Below, one piece after another: positions 20,232-34,010 of a stretch of DNA of 64,000 bases. Each line of letters begins with the position of its first letter. Position 1 is the first letter of the stretch. Source of the DNA: the human T2T-CHM13v2.0 reference genome, Homo sapiens; assembly GCF_009914755.1 (NCBI RefSeq), contig NC_060946.1. One strand, 5' to 3'. The translations under genes and the position numbers were made by a program. The notes beneath the pieces are model-generated. The model ran no database searches, was not told the DNA's origin, and was given only the letters and a program-made list of their open reading frames with translations.

Positions 20232-21071
20232 CAAGCTCTCTGTGTCTGTGTCTTTGTGTGTCCGTGTGTGTGCTCCCGGGTGTGGTGTGTGTGTCCGTGT
20301 GTGTGTGTGTCTGCGCGCGTGCACCCGTGTGTATGTCAGGGTGGGTTTGCTCTTGGTAGTGGTGGGGTGTGTCTGGGTGTCCGTCAGCCCCTCTTTCCCG
20401 GGATGAGGCTGCTGGGGCTCTAGTGCTAGCACGGGGCAAAGCAGAGCCTTCCTGCCCCATTGGCCACGGCGGGTCCTCTTCGGAACAAGCGACGATGGTG
20501 TGGGCGTTGTGAGAAAAAGGGCCCGCGGGGCTGGGCTGGCTGTTAGACCCTGGGCAGCCCTGGGGGCTCTGGGTGTGTGGGGCAAGAGGGGGCCTTGCAG
20601 AAGGGCGGCCAGGAATCCAACATAATTTTTCCGCGGCAAGGCGGAGGACCAGAGGGTACCCCAGGACCCTGGGACCTGGGCCCTGACGCCTAGGAGCACA
20701 CCCCGTCCTGAGCGGGCCCCAGGTGTTGGAAGCTCTGGAGCTCGAGAGCCTGGGGAAGGCCTGGAGTGTCAGCAAGAGGGTGGCCGCATGGAGAGTCCAG
20801 AGCCCTGGCAGGGGATGGAGGCCTCTGGTGCCGCGTCGGTCTCGCGCGTGGTCTGGCCGCCAGCGACAGCGGGACGCTCTGGGAGGTCGGCAGAAAGCGC
20901 AGCGCGGCGACTGGTGGTGCTTGGGTGTAGAGGGGGAGAGCAGCCCGGCCACGGGCAAGCGGCTCCGGGGTGCCTGATCCCAGCATCGCGGCCCCGGGTT
21001 GGTGGTGACGCCTGGAATCAGGCGGGCGTAGCTGGACCGGGCTCTTGGGCCAGCCAGGCGCCACTGCCATT

Positions 21072-21089
21072 GTCTACGGCCATACCACC
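21072..21089 (+). pseudogene. 5S rRNA 5' remnant (first 18 nt) of the second unit
   Basis: gtctacggccataccacc matches 5S nt 1-18, with a D-box upstream; the rest of the gene and ~500 bp of spacer are deleted relative to unit 1. Confidence 0.85.
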
Positions 21090-21859
21090 TGGAAAACGAG
21101 AGAGACCCAAGCTGCGGCCCGTGGGCACGCTCAGCGCCACTGCTCCTGCCACAGTGATGGGCGCACTCTACAACTTTCAGGGCCCACAGCACCAAGAGGA
21201 CAGGGAGGAGCCAACAAAGGAATGACGCTACGAAACGCACTCCAAAGGCCACCAACAAATCCAAGTAAAAACACGTCTCAGGGCTCCGTTGATTTTCCCG
21301 CAGGGGCGGCCCTGCCTCCCGTTCCAGCCCGGCCCAGTCACACTCCACCCTACCCTGGCCAAAGGGGACCCTGTCTACCAGATAGAGCCTCCCTCTCCAA
21401 GGCTCTGTTGCTCTCCCTCTGTAGTTCCCTCACCCTTTCCCTTTCTCTACTTCCTTCTCCACCTTGCTCTCTCTCTCTCTCAATCTCCCCAGTTCCTCTC
21501 TGTCTCTCTCTCGATGGCTGTTTCTCTCTCTCCTTCCGTTTCTATCTCTCCATCCCTCTGTCCCTTGCTCTCCTTCAAGTTGTCTGTGTCTCTCTCTCTC
21601 AATCTCCCCAGTTCCTCTCTGTCTCTCTCTCGATGGCTGTTTCTCTCTCTCCTTCCGTTTCTATCTCTCCATCCCTCTGTCCCTTGCTCTCCTTCAAGTT
21701 GTCTGTGTCTTTGTGTGTCTGTGTGTGTGCTTGTGTTCCCGCGCTTGCGCCCCTGAGCGTCTGTGTGTTTGGGAGTGGCTTTGCCAGTGATTGTGGTGGG
21801 GAGTGTCTGGATGTCCATCGGTACTTTTGTCCCGGGATCAGGCTGCCAACTCTATTGCC

Positions 21860-24040
21860 AGCGCGTGGGTGTCACAGTTGCCGTGATAGTCTCACACACG
21901 CAGGTGTGTGGATCTTGTTCATTTTCACGTAGACAACGAGACCAAAACCACAGAGAAAAGAAACATCCCATACATCACGGCCTGACGATGGATTCTTGTT
22001 TCCTGCAAAATGGGGAGTCTCCAATATAGCCTGTTTGAAAACTGGAAAGGAGAGCACCGACATGATGCTGGTCTTCCACGCATTCCTGGAAGTTTCCAGG
22101 GCCCCACAGAGCTCGGGAAACAAACAGTCAACATGGTCACGCTTTCGGGTGGCAGAAACTTGAGCAACAGGCACCTTTGCAGAGGGCAAAGAACGTGGAA
22201 TCCAGAATCACGCTTCAGTTGGCTTCAGTGTGACTCCCGTGTGGATGGGACTATCCGCCTCGAGCTCTGTTGCAGGGCTCAACGTGGGGATATGTCATCT
22301 GTGAACCATGTGGATGAAAAGCAGACAACCACCTGAGTCTCAACTCATTGCTTTCTGGGGAATTTGCTCATTCCTTCGGAAATGGAATTCGTCTGAATTG
22401 CTCCGGGATGAAGTAACCCAGGCTGGCGATCCAGAGGGCCACTAATCGCCCCGCCTGCCAACGGGGCTGTGGGCTCAGCACTTAGCCCGCACTGGACACC
22501 CAACATTTTCCCGGAGTGCTGGGTCCTGTTGGCTCTGGAGGCATAAGACCGTTTTTGTCGCTGCCTTCCGTTCTCTGTTTCTTGCTCCTTTTATCCCTCG
22601 GTCCATCCTTCCCTCTGTTCTTCCCTCCCTCCCCCGGGTTTTTCCTCCCTTTCTCCCTCCCTCTTTCTCTCCTTCCGGGGTCCCTCCTTCCACCCATCCT
22701 CTCCTAGCTCCATCCTTCCATCTCACTCTGTCTCCGTTCCTGTCCTCATCTCTGCCTGCATTCCCTTTTGCCTGGAATGGGCAGCACGGGGTCTCAGGTC
22801 TACATTTAGTTGCAAGGCCCTCCATGGTGCTGGCAAGGAGGCTGATGGGACACGGATTGGCAAGTGATGGTGAGCGAAGAGGCAGAGGAGTCGAGCCGCA
22901 GAAAGGAGAACTGGCCTGGCTTCTGCTCCGGCCCAGTGTTTTGCGGACTGAGGTCTCCGCCAACCTGACTGAAGAACGCGGGGAAAAAGGGATGAGAGCT
23001 CTGCCTGGGCTAGTCAGAAAACCCAGGCTGCTGCCTGGAAACCCACGCATGCGCAGTAGACAGCCCACCTCCCGGTACCTGGACCGGCCCTGGGATCCCT
23101 GGGATGCTCAGGAATTCTTTCTTGTCATTCTTGACAGCCCTCCTCTGTGTGGAGTCTCTCGCTGGACCTGGAACTCAGGGATCCTAGGCAGGTCAGCTGG
23201 AAGGGAAGACACGCCTCTCCATACCAAGCCTGAGGTTCACCGCGAAAGAGAGGCCGCCGCCCTGCCCCCACCCCTCCCCAACCCCGCTCCAACCTGCTCC
23301 TCCAGAAGAGCCCTGTGTTCTTCCTGGCTGAGGAGTGGTTCCAGCAAAGCGTGCTCTTCCAGGTCCTTCAGCTCCCCGAGTGGCGCCGGATCTAGGAAAG
23401 ATTGAGCCTTTTGCTGAAACTTTGGGATTGACAGGAGCTCATCTAACAGGCTGGAGGTGAGTGCAGATGAGAGCCCCGGTCCTGGAGCTGTTGGGAGGCG
23501 CCTGGATGGCTGGCATCTGTGCTTGACACGGAGGCCTCCGGGGTCGCGAGCTCTGGAGGTGGAGGTGCCCCGTCTTCGGGTTCCCACGCCACCCTGGCGA
23601 CCTGTGGCTCCAGCCCCACCACGTACTCCGGTGGGACATGGGTGGCGCAAGCACACCTTGCCCCTGTGACTCAGCTTGAGGGGGCCCAAGCTGTCCCACT
23701 GAGCACGCACCCAGAAGGACGTCGCGCTGCGGGTTCTGGTCTTCCTGTCATTTGTTGGGGTGCGGAGACTACCAGGGAGTCTGAGGATGGAAGAGCACCA
23801 GTTCCGGAGGAGCCAGGGCAGCGAACACAAAGCCCCGCATGCCCGGGCAGGTTGGGAGAGTCCTTCTGCCTGCGCAGCCTGGCTGGGTTGGAGCAGCGGG
23901 ATGGCCCTTGCTGCCTGGCTCACGAAAGCCCCCTGTGGGAGAGCCCCAGGCGCGCAGGGCATGTGGGTTGTGGGAAGAGCGGTTCCCCACGCCCCGGTGT
24001 GGGTGAACTCGATAGAGGAGGGTGACACCCACCGGGGGTG
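21860..24040 (-). repeat. D4Z4-related segment: 3' half of one unit, KpnI junction, then start of the next unit and related flank
   Basis: KpnI ggtacc at 23074-23079 followed on the minus strand by gggaggtgggctgtctactgcgcatgcg, resembling the D4Z4 unit start; GC-rich; left boundary approximate. Confidence 0.8.
23237..24040 (-). pseudogene. DUX4L: DUX4-like (DUX4L) fragment, 5'-truncated, no homeodomains
   Basis: Peptides HTGAWG..PCAPGALPQGAFVSQAARA and SLLDELLSIPKFQQKAQ...LSQEEHRALLEE match the DUX4 mid-region and C-terminus; the middle part lies in other frames (QGQGVLAPP..WWGW). Confidence 0.95.
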
Positions 24041-24436
24041 CTAATTAGTAACCACAGTGGCTTCAAAGAACTCAAATGAAAGGAAGACTTGTACGTCTCT
24101 CACTTTAAGTCCAGAGCTAGAAATGATTAAGCCTAGTGAAGATGTAGAATTTTCATAGCTAGAGAGAAGTCAATGCTTGGCTTCAAAACTTCTTTGAGGA
24201 CCACTGCAGCTGGTGACTTTAAGTTACAGCCAGTGCTCATTGACCACTCTGAAAATCTCAGGACCCTTAAGAATTATGCAAAATCTATTCTTTCTGTGCT
24301 CTAGAAATGGAACATCACTGTCTGGGTGACAGCACATCTGTTAATAGCATGGTTTACTGAATATATTAATCCCACTATTGAGACCTACTGCTCAGAAAAA
24401 AAAAAAAAAAGATTCCTTTAAAAAGACTGTTGCTTG

Positions 24437-24797
<361 letters not shown>

Positions 24798-25042
24798 TCA
24801 CCTAGCTATCCAGAAGCTTAGATGGAGATGTACTTGGAAATTAATGTTATTTTCATGACTGCTAATACAATATTTACCTTCAGCCTGTGGATCAAGGAGT
24901 GGTTTTGACTTTCAAGTGTTTTTATTAATTAATAAATGCATTTTGTAAAGGTATAGCTGTCATAGATAGTGATTTCTTTGATGAATCTGGATAAACTGAA
25001 TTGAAAACCTTTTGGAAAGGATTCACCATTAATCCCTTCATG

Positions 25043-25139
25043 ATATTTGAACCTCCTCCCATGAATCACAAATGTCCTTAATAGCAATCCTTAAGTGCCA
25101 TTAAGGACATTTGTGATTGATGGGAGGAGGTTGAAATAT
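25043..25139. ncRNA. MIR4477: MIR4477-type palindromic hairpin
   Basis: 44-bp arms (41/44 complementary), 9-nt loop; attaaggacatttgtgattgat at 25100-25121 and the reverse complement of 25063-25084 match miR-4477b and miR-4477a as recalled. Confidence 0.8.
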
Positions 25140-25870
25140 TAACATTAACAGGAGTTTGGAAGAAGTTGATTCCAGCCCTCATGGATGACTTTGAGGGCTC
25201 AGGATGTCAGTGGAGGAAGTCCCTGCAGATGTGGTAGAAATTGCAAGACAGCTAGAATTAGAATTAGGGCCTTAAGGTGAGATGAAATTGCTGTAAACTC
25301 ATGATGAAACTTGAACAAATAGGGAGTTGCTTCTTATGTACGAACAAAGAAAATATTTTCTTGAGATGGAATATAATCCAGGTGGAGATGCTATAAACCT
25401 TGTTAAAATGACAACAAAGGATTTAGAATATTCCATAAAGCTAGTTGATAAAGCAGCAGCAGGGTTTGAGAGGGTTTACTCCAATTTTGAAAGAAGTTCT
25501 TCTGTTGATAAAACGGTGCCAAACAGCATCACATGCTACAGGGAAATCTTTTGTGAAAGGAACAAACTTCATTGTTTGAAGAAATTGACACAGGTATCCA
25601 ACTTTCAGCAGCCCCCACACTGATTAGCCAGCAGTCATCAATATAGAGGCAAGACCCTCACCAGGAAAAGATTATGACTTGGTAAGGCTCAGATATTCAT
25701 TAGCATTTTTTAGCACTGACGTAGTTTAACTTAAGGTATGTACACAGTTTTTTAGACATGCTATTAATTACTAATTATTAATTATTAAATGCTCATTAGA
25801 CTACAATATAGTTTTAAGCATAACGTTTATAAGCACTGGGAAACAAAATGTTTATGCAACTAACTTGATT

Positions 25871-26095
25871 GTAACATTTGCCTTATTGCAGTGGTCTGGA
25901 ACCAAACCCACACTATCTCTGATGTGTGCTTGTAGGTTTTTGGTTGTAACATTTGCCTTATTGTAGTGGTCTGGAACCAAACCCACACTCTCTCTGAGGT
26001 GTGCTTGTAGGTTTTTTGTTGTAACATTTCCCTTGTTGCAGTTGTCTGGAACTAAACCCACAATATCTCTGAGTATGCTTGTAGGTTTTTGGTTG
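25871..26095 (+). repeat. 3 x 75-bp tandem repeat of the Tigger1 terminus plus flank
   Basis: gtaacattt recurs at 25871, 25946 and 26021. Confidence 0.9.
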
Positions 26096-26390
26096 TTCTT
26101 TGTTTTGAGATGGGGTTTCGCTCTGTCGCCCAGGCCAGAGTGCAGTGGCATGATCACAGCTCACTGCAGCCTCCAACTGCTGGGTCAAGTAATTTTTCTA
26201 CCACAGCCTGCTGAGTAGCTGGGACTACAGGCATGCAGCACTATGCCTGGCTATTTTTTTAAATACTTTTATTGTGGAGACGGGATCTCACTATGTTGCC
26301 CAGCTCGTCTTGAACTCTGGGGCTCAAGCAATCCAGCCACTTCAGCCTCCCAAAGTGCAGCCATTACAGGCTCGAGCCACTGGACCCAGC
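26096..26390 (-). mobile_element. AluJ
   Basis: Antisense Alu with J-type features (gatcacagctcactgcagcctc, ggctcaagcaatcc). Confidence 0.88.
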
Positions 26391-26416
26391 TTGTCTGCAG
26401 TTCTTAAAACAAAAAC

Positions 26417-26736
<320 letters not shown>

Positions 26737-28562
26737 TTACAAATGTATATGTCTACCATTACCGTATCATACAGAACGGTTTTACTGCCATGAAGATTCT
26801 CTGTGCTCTGTGTATCCATCTCTTCCTTCCCCTTGGTCCATGGCAACTACTGATCTTTCTACTGTTCCCATAGTTTCACCGTTTCCAGAACGTCATATAA
26901 TTGGAATCGAACAGTACGTAGACTTTTCGGATTGGCTTTTTCTTTTAGCAATATGCATTTAAGTTTCCTCCATGTATTTTTTTGTGGCTTGATAGTTCAT
27001 CTCCTGTTAGCAGTGAATAATATCCCGTTGCCATTATGCTTTTGTCAAGACTCAGAACGTACAACGTGAAGAGTAAACGTGAATGTGTACTGTAAGCTTT
27101 GAGTGATAATGAAGGGTCAAGGTAGGTTCCTGGTTATCACAGGTGTGCTCCTGTGAGGCAGGAAGCTGTAGTGGGGAGGCTGTGTGTGGGGAAAGGGACA
27201 TATGGGAAGTCTGTATTCTCTGCTCCGTTTAGCTGTGAATCTGCACTTCTCTAAAAAATAAAATTAGTTAAAATTAAAAGCAAAAAATTAGAAAAATTAA
27301 AACATTACAATGTGTCATATAGTTTTCAAATCACAAGACAGGAAAAGACATAATAAAAGAAACTATAGAAGACAACAAAGATAGGAACAAAACATCAGTG
27401 ATAGAAGGCAGAAGACAGAAACGTGGAGCCAAACACATTAATTTATTTTAATCATTAGTTATACTCATTTATACTAATTTATATTGATTTAACATATTAA
27501 TTCTGACTAAATGGCATTAAGGGAGGTTTGAGGAATTTGCATGTCACATTCTGGATGAGAGGACTCAATAATATTAGCTCTTTAGTTTGCTGTAAATCAT
27601 TTAAAAATACGCTCAAATTCCAATAAAAATTCCAAGAAAAATATTTTTGAACAAGAACATGTGATTTTAAATCCATATATTGAACATACACACAATGAGA
27701 GCCAATATTATAAAATTTACTATAAGATATTTTAGATTATTATCACTATTCAAAATTAAATTTGAAATGGCACAAAAATAAACACATTAATGAAAGAGAA
27801 TTAAAAACACAGAACTTGAGTGTAATTTTATCTAGTAACAGGGTAACATTTTAAACCCACAAAACAGAGCGATTGTTCCATTTATGGTATTAAAATATTG
27901 GGTAATGATTTGAGAATATAAAATGACAGAATTGAATCATTGTCCCACACCTTACATAAAAGTTAATTCCAGTATTAAATGTAAAAAAAGAGAGAGAGAG
28001 AAAAGAAAATTAGATGTGTGTGTGTTTTATGACCTTGAGAATGAATGTCTTCTAAAATCAAAATTTCAAACAGAAACCATATAAAAAGGAATAAACCTAA
28101 TTTACCTAAAATGTAAATTCTCACACATTTCAACACCACGCAAATAGCACAAAACAAACTGGGGACATTTTTACAACAATTATGTTACATGAAAGTTAAA
28201 ATCCTTATGACATATACAATGTATAAAACAGTATTATTACCACTATTATTAATACCATTATGATTACCTGGTCTTCCCATGCACCAGTCCTCTTCTGGTT
28301 CCCTGTGGTGAAACAGAGCCCTCCCTCTCTGGCCACAGTGAGGGATCCAACAGGAAAACTGCCTAAGCCCTCAGAGGGTGTGAGCCAAGCCAGGACATCA
28401 CATTTCCTCCTGCAAAGACGCAGATACCCACTCACGACAGAGATTTGGTCCCTCTCTGGAAAAGCTGTGTAACAATTATTGCAGAAACTTGTTTCTTATG
28501 TTCCCAGACACATGGAGAAAGCTGGTCTGGAAGACTGATGTCCACATGCTAAGAGAAGCAGT

Positions 28563-31500
28563 CACTCATAACATACACACTGCACACACCAAACCATGTG
28601 CACAAGCACACACCCCCCACACACAGACACCACACAAACAGCACACACACCATGTGCACACGTGAAGGGGTGGCCTGCCCCTCCACACTTGTGGGTGTTT
28701 CTCATCGGGTGGAACAAGACACTTGAGAAAAGAAAGAGACACAGAGACAAAGTATAGAGAAAGAAAAGTGGGTCGAGGGGAACGGCGCTCAGCATAAGGA
28801 GGACCCGCGCCGGCACCAGTCTCTGAGTTTCCTTAGTATTTATTGATCATTATCGGGCATTTCTCTGAGAGGGGGATGTGGCAGGACAATAGGGTAATAG
28901 TGGAGAGAGGGTCAGCAGGAAAACATATGAACAAATGTCTCTGCATCATAAACAAGGTAAAGAAAAAAGTGCTGTGCTTTTGATGTTCATATACATAAAC
29001 ATCTCAATGCCTTAAAGAGCAGTATTGTTGCCAGCATGTCCCACCTCCAGCCCTAAGGCAGTTTTCCCCTATCTCAGTAGATGGAATATACAATTGGGCT
29101 TTACACCCAGACATTCCATTGCCCAGGGAGGAGCAGGAGACAGATGCCTTCCTCTTATCTCAACTGCAAAGAGGCATTCCTCTTTTACTAATCCTCCCCA
29201 GAACAGACCCTTTATCGGTGTCAGGCTGGGGGACAGTCAGGTCTTTCCCTTCCCACGAGGCCATATTTCAGACTATCACATGGGGAGAAACCTTGGACAA
29301 TACCTGGCTTTCCTAGGCAGAGGTCCCTGTGGCCTTCCGCAGTGTTTTGTGTCTCTGGGTACTTGAGAGTAGAGAGTGGTGATGACTCTTAACAAGCATG
29401 CTGCCTTCAAGCATTTGTTTAACAAAGCTAATCCTGCACAGTCCTTAATCCATTTAACCTTGACTTGACACAGCACATGTTTCTGTGAGCACAGGGTTAG
29501 GGGTAGGGTTACAGATTAACAGCCTCTCAAGGCAGAAGAATTTTTCTTAGTACAGAACAAAATGGAGTCTCTTATGTTTACTTCTTTCTACATAGACACA
29601 GTAACAGTCTGATTTCTTTCTTTTCCCCACACACACGCATACACATCCCACACACAGACACCACACACAGGCACACACACCCCAGACACCACACACACTG
29701 CACACACACCATGTGCACACGCACACACACCCCCCGCACTGCACACACACCACACCCACTGCACACTCCATGTGCACACGCACACATCCCAGACACCATA
29801 TACTGCACACACCATGTGCACATGCACACACCAGACTCCACGCACACTGCACACACACCCTGTGCACATGCACACACCCCACACTGCACATACCACACCA
29901 TGTGCACACACACACACCAGACACCACACACACTGCATACACACCATGTGTGCACACACACACCACACACAGACACCACACACACTGCACATAACCATCT
30001 GCACATGCACACACCCCAGACACCACACACACTGCACACACCACACCATGTGCACAGGCACACACCCCATACAGACACCACACACAATGCACATACACAC
30101 ACCACACAGACACCATACCCACTGCACACACCACACCCACTGCGCACACCACACCATGTGCACACACACACAACCCAGACACCATACACACTGCACATAC
30201 ACCATGAGCACATGAACACATATCACACAGACACCACACACTGCACACACACCATGTGCATAAACACCACATATTACACACACATGTGCACATGCACACA
30301 CCACAGACACCACACACTGCACACACACCATGGGCACACACACCACACACACACTGCACACACACCATGTGCACGCATACACACCCCACACAGACACCAC
30401 ACTGCATGCACACATCATGTGCACACGCACACACCCCACAGACACCACACACCACACACACCAAGCCATGTGTACACACACCCCACACAGACACCACACA
30501 CTGCACACACCCCACCACACTGCACATGCCACACCATGTGTACATGTGCACACCACATACACGCCACACACACCGTGTACACAAACACACATGCCCCACA
30601 CATACACCACACAGACACCACACACACTGCACACAGCACACCATGCATACACGCACACACACGCCCACACACCACACACACTGCACACACACCATGTACA
30701 CACGCACACACAGCACACAGACATCATGCACACTGCACACACACCATGTACACATGCACACACACCCACACACCACACACACTGCACACACACCACATGC
30801 ACACGCACACACACCACAGACACCACACATTGCACACACACCATGTGCACACGCACACACCCCCACACACACACAACACACACTGCACACAGACCAGGTG
30901 CACATACCCACACCCCTGATACACCAAACACACCACACCATGTGCACACACACACACCCCAGACACCACACACACTGCACACACACCATGTGCACACGCA
31001 CGCACATCCCCACACCACACACTGCACAAAGTGCACACACGCATACCCCCCACACACTGCACACACTACACCACACACACGAATCTGCTACACACACAAC
31101 ATACACATACAGCACGACACACACCCCATACTCCCCACACACATCAAACACACACCCCACACATACTCCCCACACACTGCACACGTATATATAGCACCAC
31201 ACACACAGAGCACACACATCACATACACACAACACACACACAGTGCACACACACACCACACATTCTACACTCATCACACATCAAACACTACAGTGCACAC
31301 ACACCCAGCACCATACATACACACACATCACATACACCACACACTGCACACACACATATCACACGCACACCACACCACACATAGTATACACACACCACAC
31401 ACACATACACCACAAACACAGCACATATACACACCATGCACCACCCACAAACTACACACGGTATACACACATAACACCCACAATACACACCACACACATA

Positions 31501-31590
31501 CATACCCCATGAACCTACTACACACACAGACCACATACACACACCATACATACACATCATACGCATACATCTGCGCACACCTCACAGCAT
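28563..31590. repeat. CA-rich degenerate minisatellite (~45-50 bp unit), split by LTR5
   Basis: Recurring cagacaccacacacactgcacacacaccatgtgcacac; decays to irregular CA-rich sequence after ~31050. Confidence 0.92.
28663..29631 (-). mobile_element. HERV-K(HML-2) solo LTR, LTR5B-like
   Basis: 969 bp; minus strand starts tgtggggaaaagaaag...gactccattttgttctgtactaag and ends ggggcaggccaccccttca; 6-bp TSD CACACG at 28657-28662 and 29632-29637. Confidence 0.93.
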
Positions 31591-33721
31591 ACATACAATC
31601 CTCACTTTTAGAAATTAATTTGGCTTTTAAGGGGCCTGGATAGTAAAGTATTTTATTGGCGTTTGAATGAACCAAGAAAATGCATATAAATACACATGCG
31701 TAACTATAAGGGCAAAAGTAGTACTTTCGAAATCACAACATTAGATTAAACAATGTAAATTTTTAATTGTTTTTAAAAAATCAAGTCTTTCTCATCTTAC
31801 TAGAAACATTTACCAGAGTAAATAAGCTTCTTACTGAGGTCAAAAGACTTTCTGGAAAAACTTCTCCTTGATGAAATTACACTTAAAACATCACTTCCAT
31901 CGTGAAGTATTTAAGATGTTCCTGGTCCTTTTCCTGTTATGTGGAATCGTCAATTCAAATTTTAAAAGTGACTTTGAGATGTTTTTCATATATTATTTTA
32001 AAAATGTTGAAGGCGTTTTTAATTCTGCCTTCAACAGAGATGGACACACTCTGATTATGATGTAAAACTGAACACGTTACTCTGACAGGCTTTCTTTTCT
32101 GCAGCGCAGCTACCATCATTATTAATAAGGATTGAATGTTTTTACTCCATGCACAATCTGTATTCCCTGCTTTATAAAGAACAGAAATCTAATTCTCACT
32201 ATGAAGGCAGATAAAAGTAATCCCTTCAACCTATAGATGAATCATTTACCAAAGTACTCGGACTTTAAATAGCATTTATCAAATGTGTCTACATTTCTAT
32301 GCAGATTCGTAGAAAGAACATGTAGTTTAAATCATTGCACATTTTATGCTTTTAATGAGTTGTGATGGTCATTAGTATTTTTATCACATTTCCCCAAAGG
32401 TAGGCTAATTACTGTTATTATTTTCAGCTAGAAAAATAAAATGTATTTTCTATTTTTGATGACTTTGAAACATAATCCTTGCAATATAATATCTGTGTAT
32501 AATATCTGTGGAAAGCATGAAAGTAATATTCAAACAGTAGGAATTTTTTCCAGAATGAAAATTTCCTCTACAATAACATTCACCTTTTTTTCCCTGATGG
32601 GCAAATAAAAGTCAACATTTCTAACATTGCTGGATGTTATTTAAATTAAACTTGCCTCAGCGTCAGGTGTTGCAGAAACTGGAAAAAAGGCCACAAGGTA
32701 CACAATACACACACACACACACACACAAAACTTCTATTATTATACTTACCTAAGTGTCTAAAGAGGTGGATAAATATATTAGATTGCTCCAGAAGAAGGA
32801 TTTTTACGGGGCCTATTGGAAAGTATGACTGCAGTTTGAGTGAGATGTCTGTAAGAGATTCAATTTGGCCACTAATAGAGTATCCAATTTTAAAAATACT
32901 GACAGAAGGCTCATGAGATAGAAATTTTCACCTAGATCTATTGGAAATATGCTACTAGATTCTGTAGTGAAAAGACTAGTGCGGTAATTGTAAAACACAT
33001 CTGATATCTAAACCTTTGTTTGTTTTTTACCTGAAATCCTTATGAGGGTGATTGTGTATGTCAATTTGAATCTTCCTATCAACAAGATAAATAAATACAT
33101 AAATAAATAGCCAGGCTGCCTGGATAAATTAGTTCACCTTTTCTATATTTTGAGGGCAGTGCTTTTCCTCCTTTGACAGACATAAGATTCACCCGGGGAT
33201 CCCTTGCAATGAAAAACCATAGACCGCACTTTGACTAGCTTGGATAAGGGGCCAGAGCATTGAAATGAGTGTGTAGGTGACTGTGCTAAGATTCTCCTGC
33301 TCATTTGGGCACTGGCTCACCATATAAACAAAGCTTAGGACCGCTAGTCCTTGCTGGAAAAGAAATACACATACATAGGATGTGACTGTGCATATGGAAT
33401 ATCTGTTGTGTTCTGGACATTGTGCTAGACAACAGAGATAAGAAGTCAAATAATCCCTTGTCTCTATTGGAAAAGAGCATCCTAAACACTGGCTTTTGGT
33501 CTTTGAAATTAGATTCACTTTCAGATTTGATTATTATATTTATGATTTGATATTTTCATTGAACCCCATGATATGATAAGGTTTTCTAGAACCTGCTAGA
33601 ATAATTGACTTTGCTCTCAGCATTATGAAGCCACTGGGGCACATAAGTAATTCATTTATGTTTCTATTTAACCAGACAGGAACAACTTGAGCTACTTTTC
33701 TAGCCACTTTCGTTTAGAGCT

Positions 33722-34010
<289 letters not shown>

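Larger units (their letters stand above)
18276..21860 (+). repeat. Two degenerate tandem 5S rDNA repeat units (orphon), CpG-rich
   Basis: 18276-18680 is paralogous to 20690-21090 and 19265-19776 to 21095-21580; both 5S starts have a D-box at -32..-21; spacer has CT- and GT-rich tracts. Confidence 0.85.

Noticed and set aside
18204-23068. Numerous 100-400 aa ORFs in the 5S spacer and D4Z4-like DNA
   Set aside because: Overlapping on both strands in GC-rich or low-complexity DNA with no recognisable protein similarity
29547-31675. Very long Cys/Val-rich and His/Thr-rich ORFs (up to 576 aa)
   Set aside because: Artefacts of the CA/TG minisatellite, which lacks stop codons in most frames
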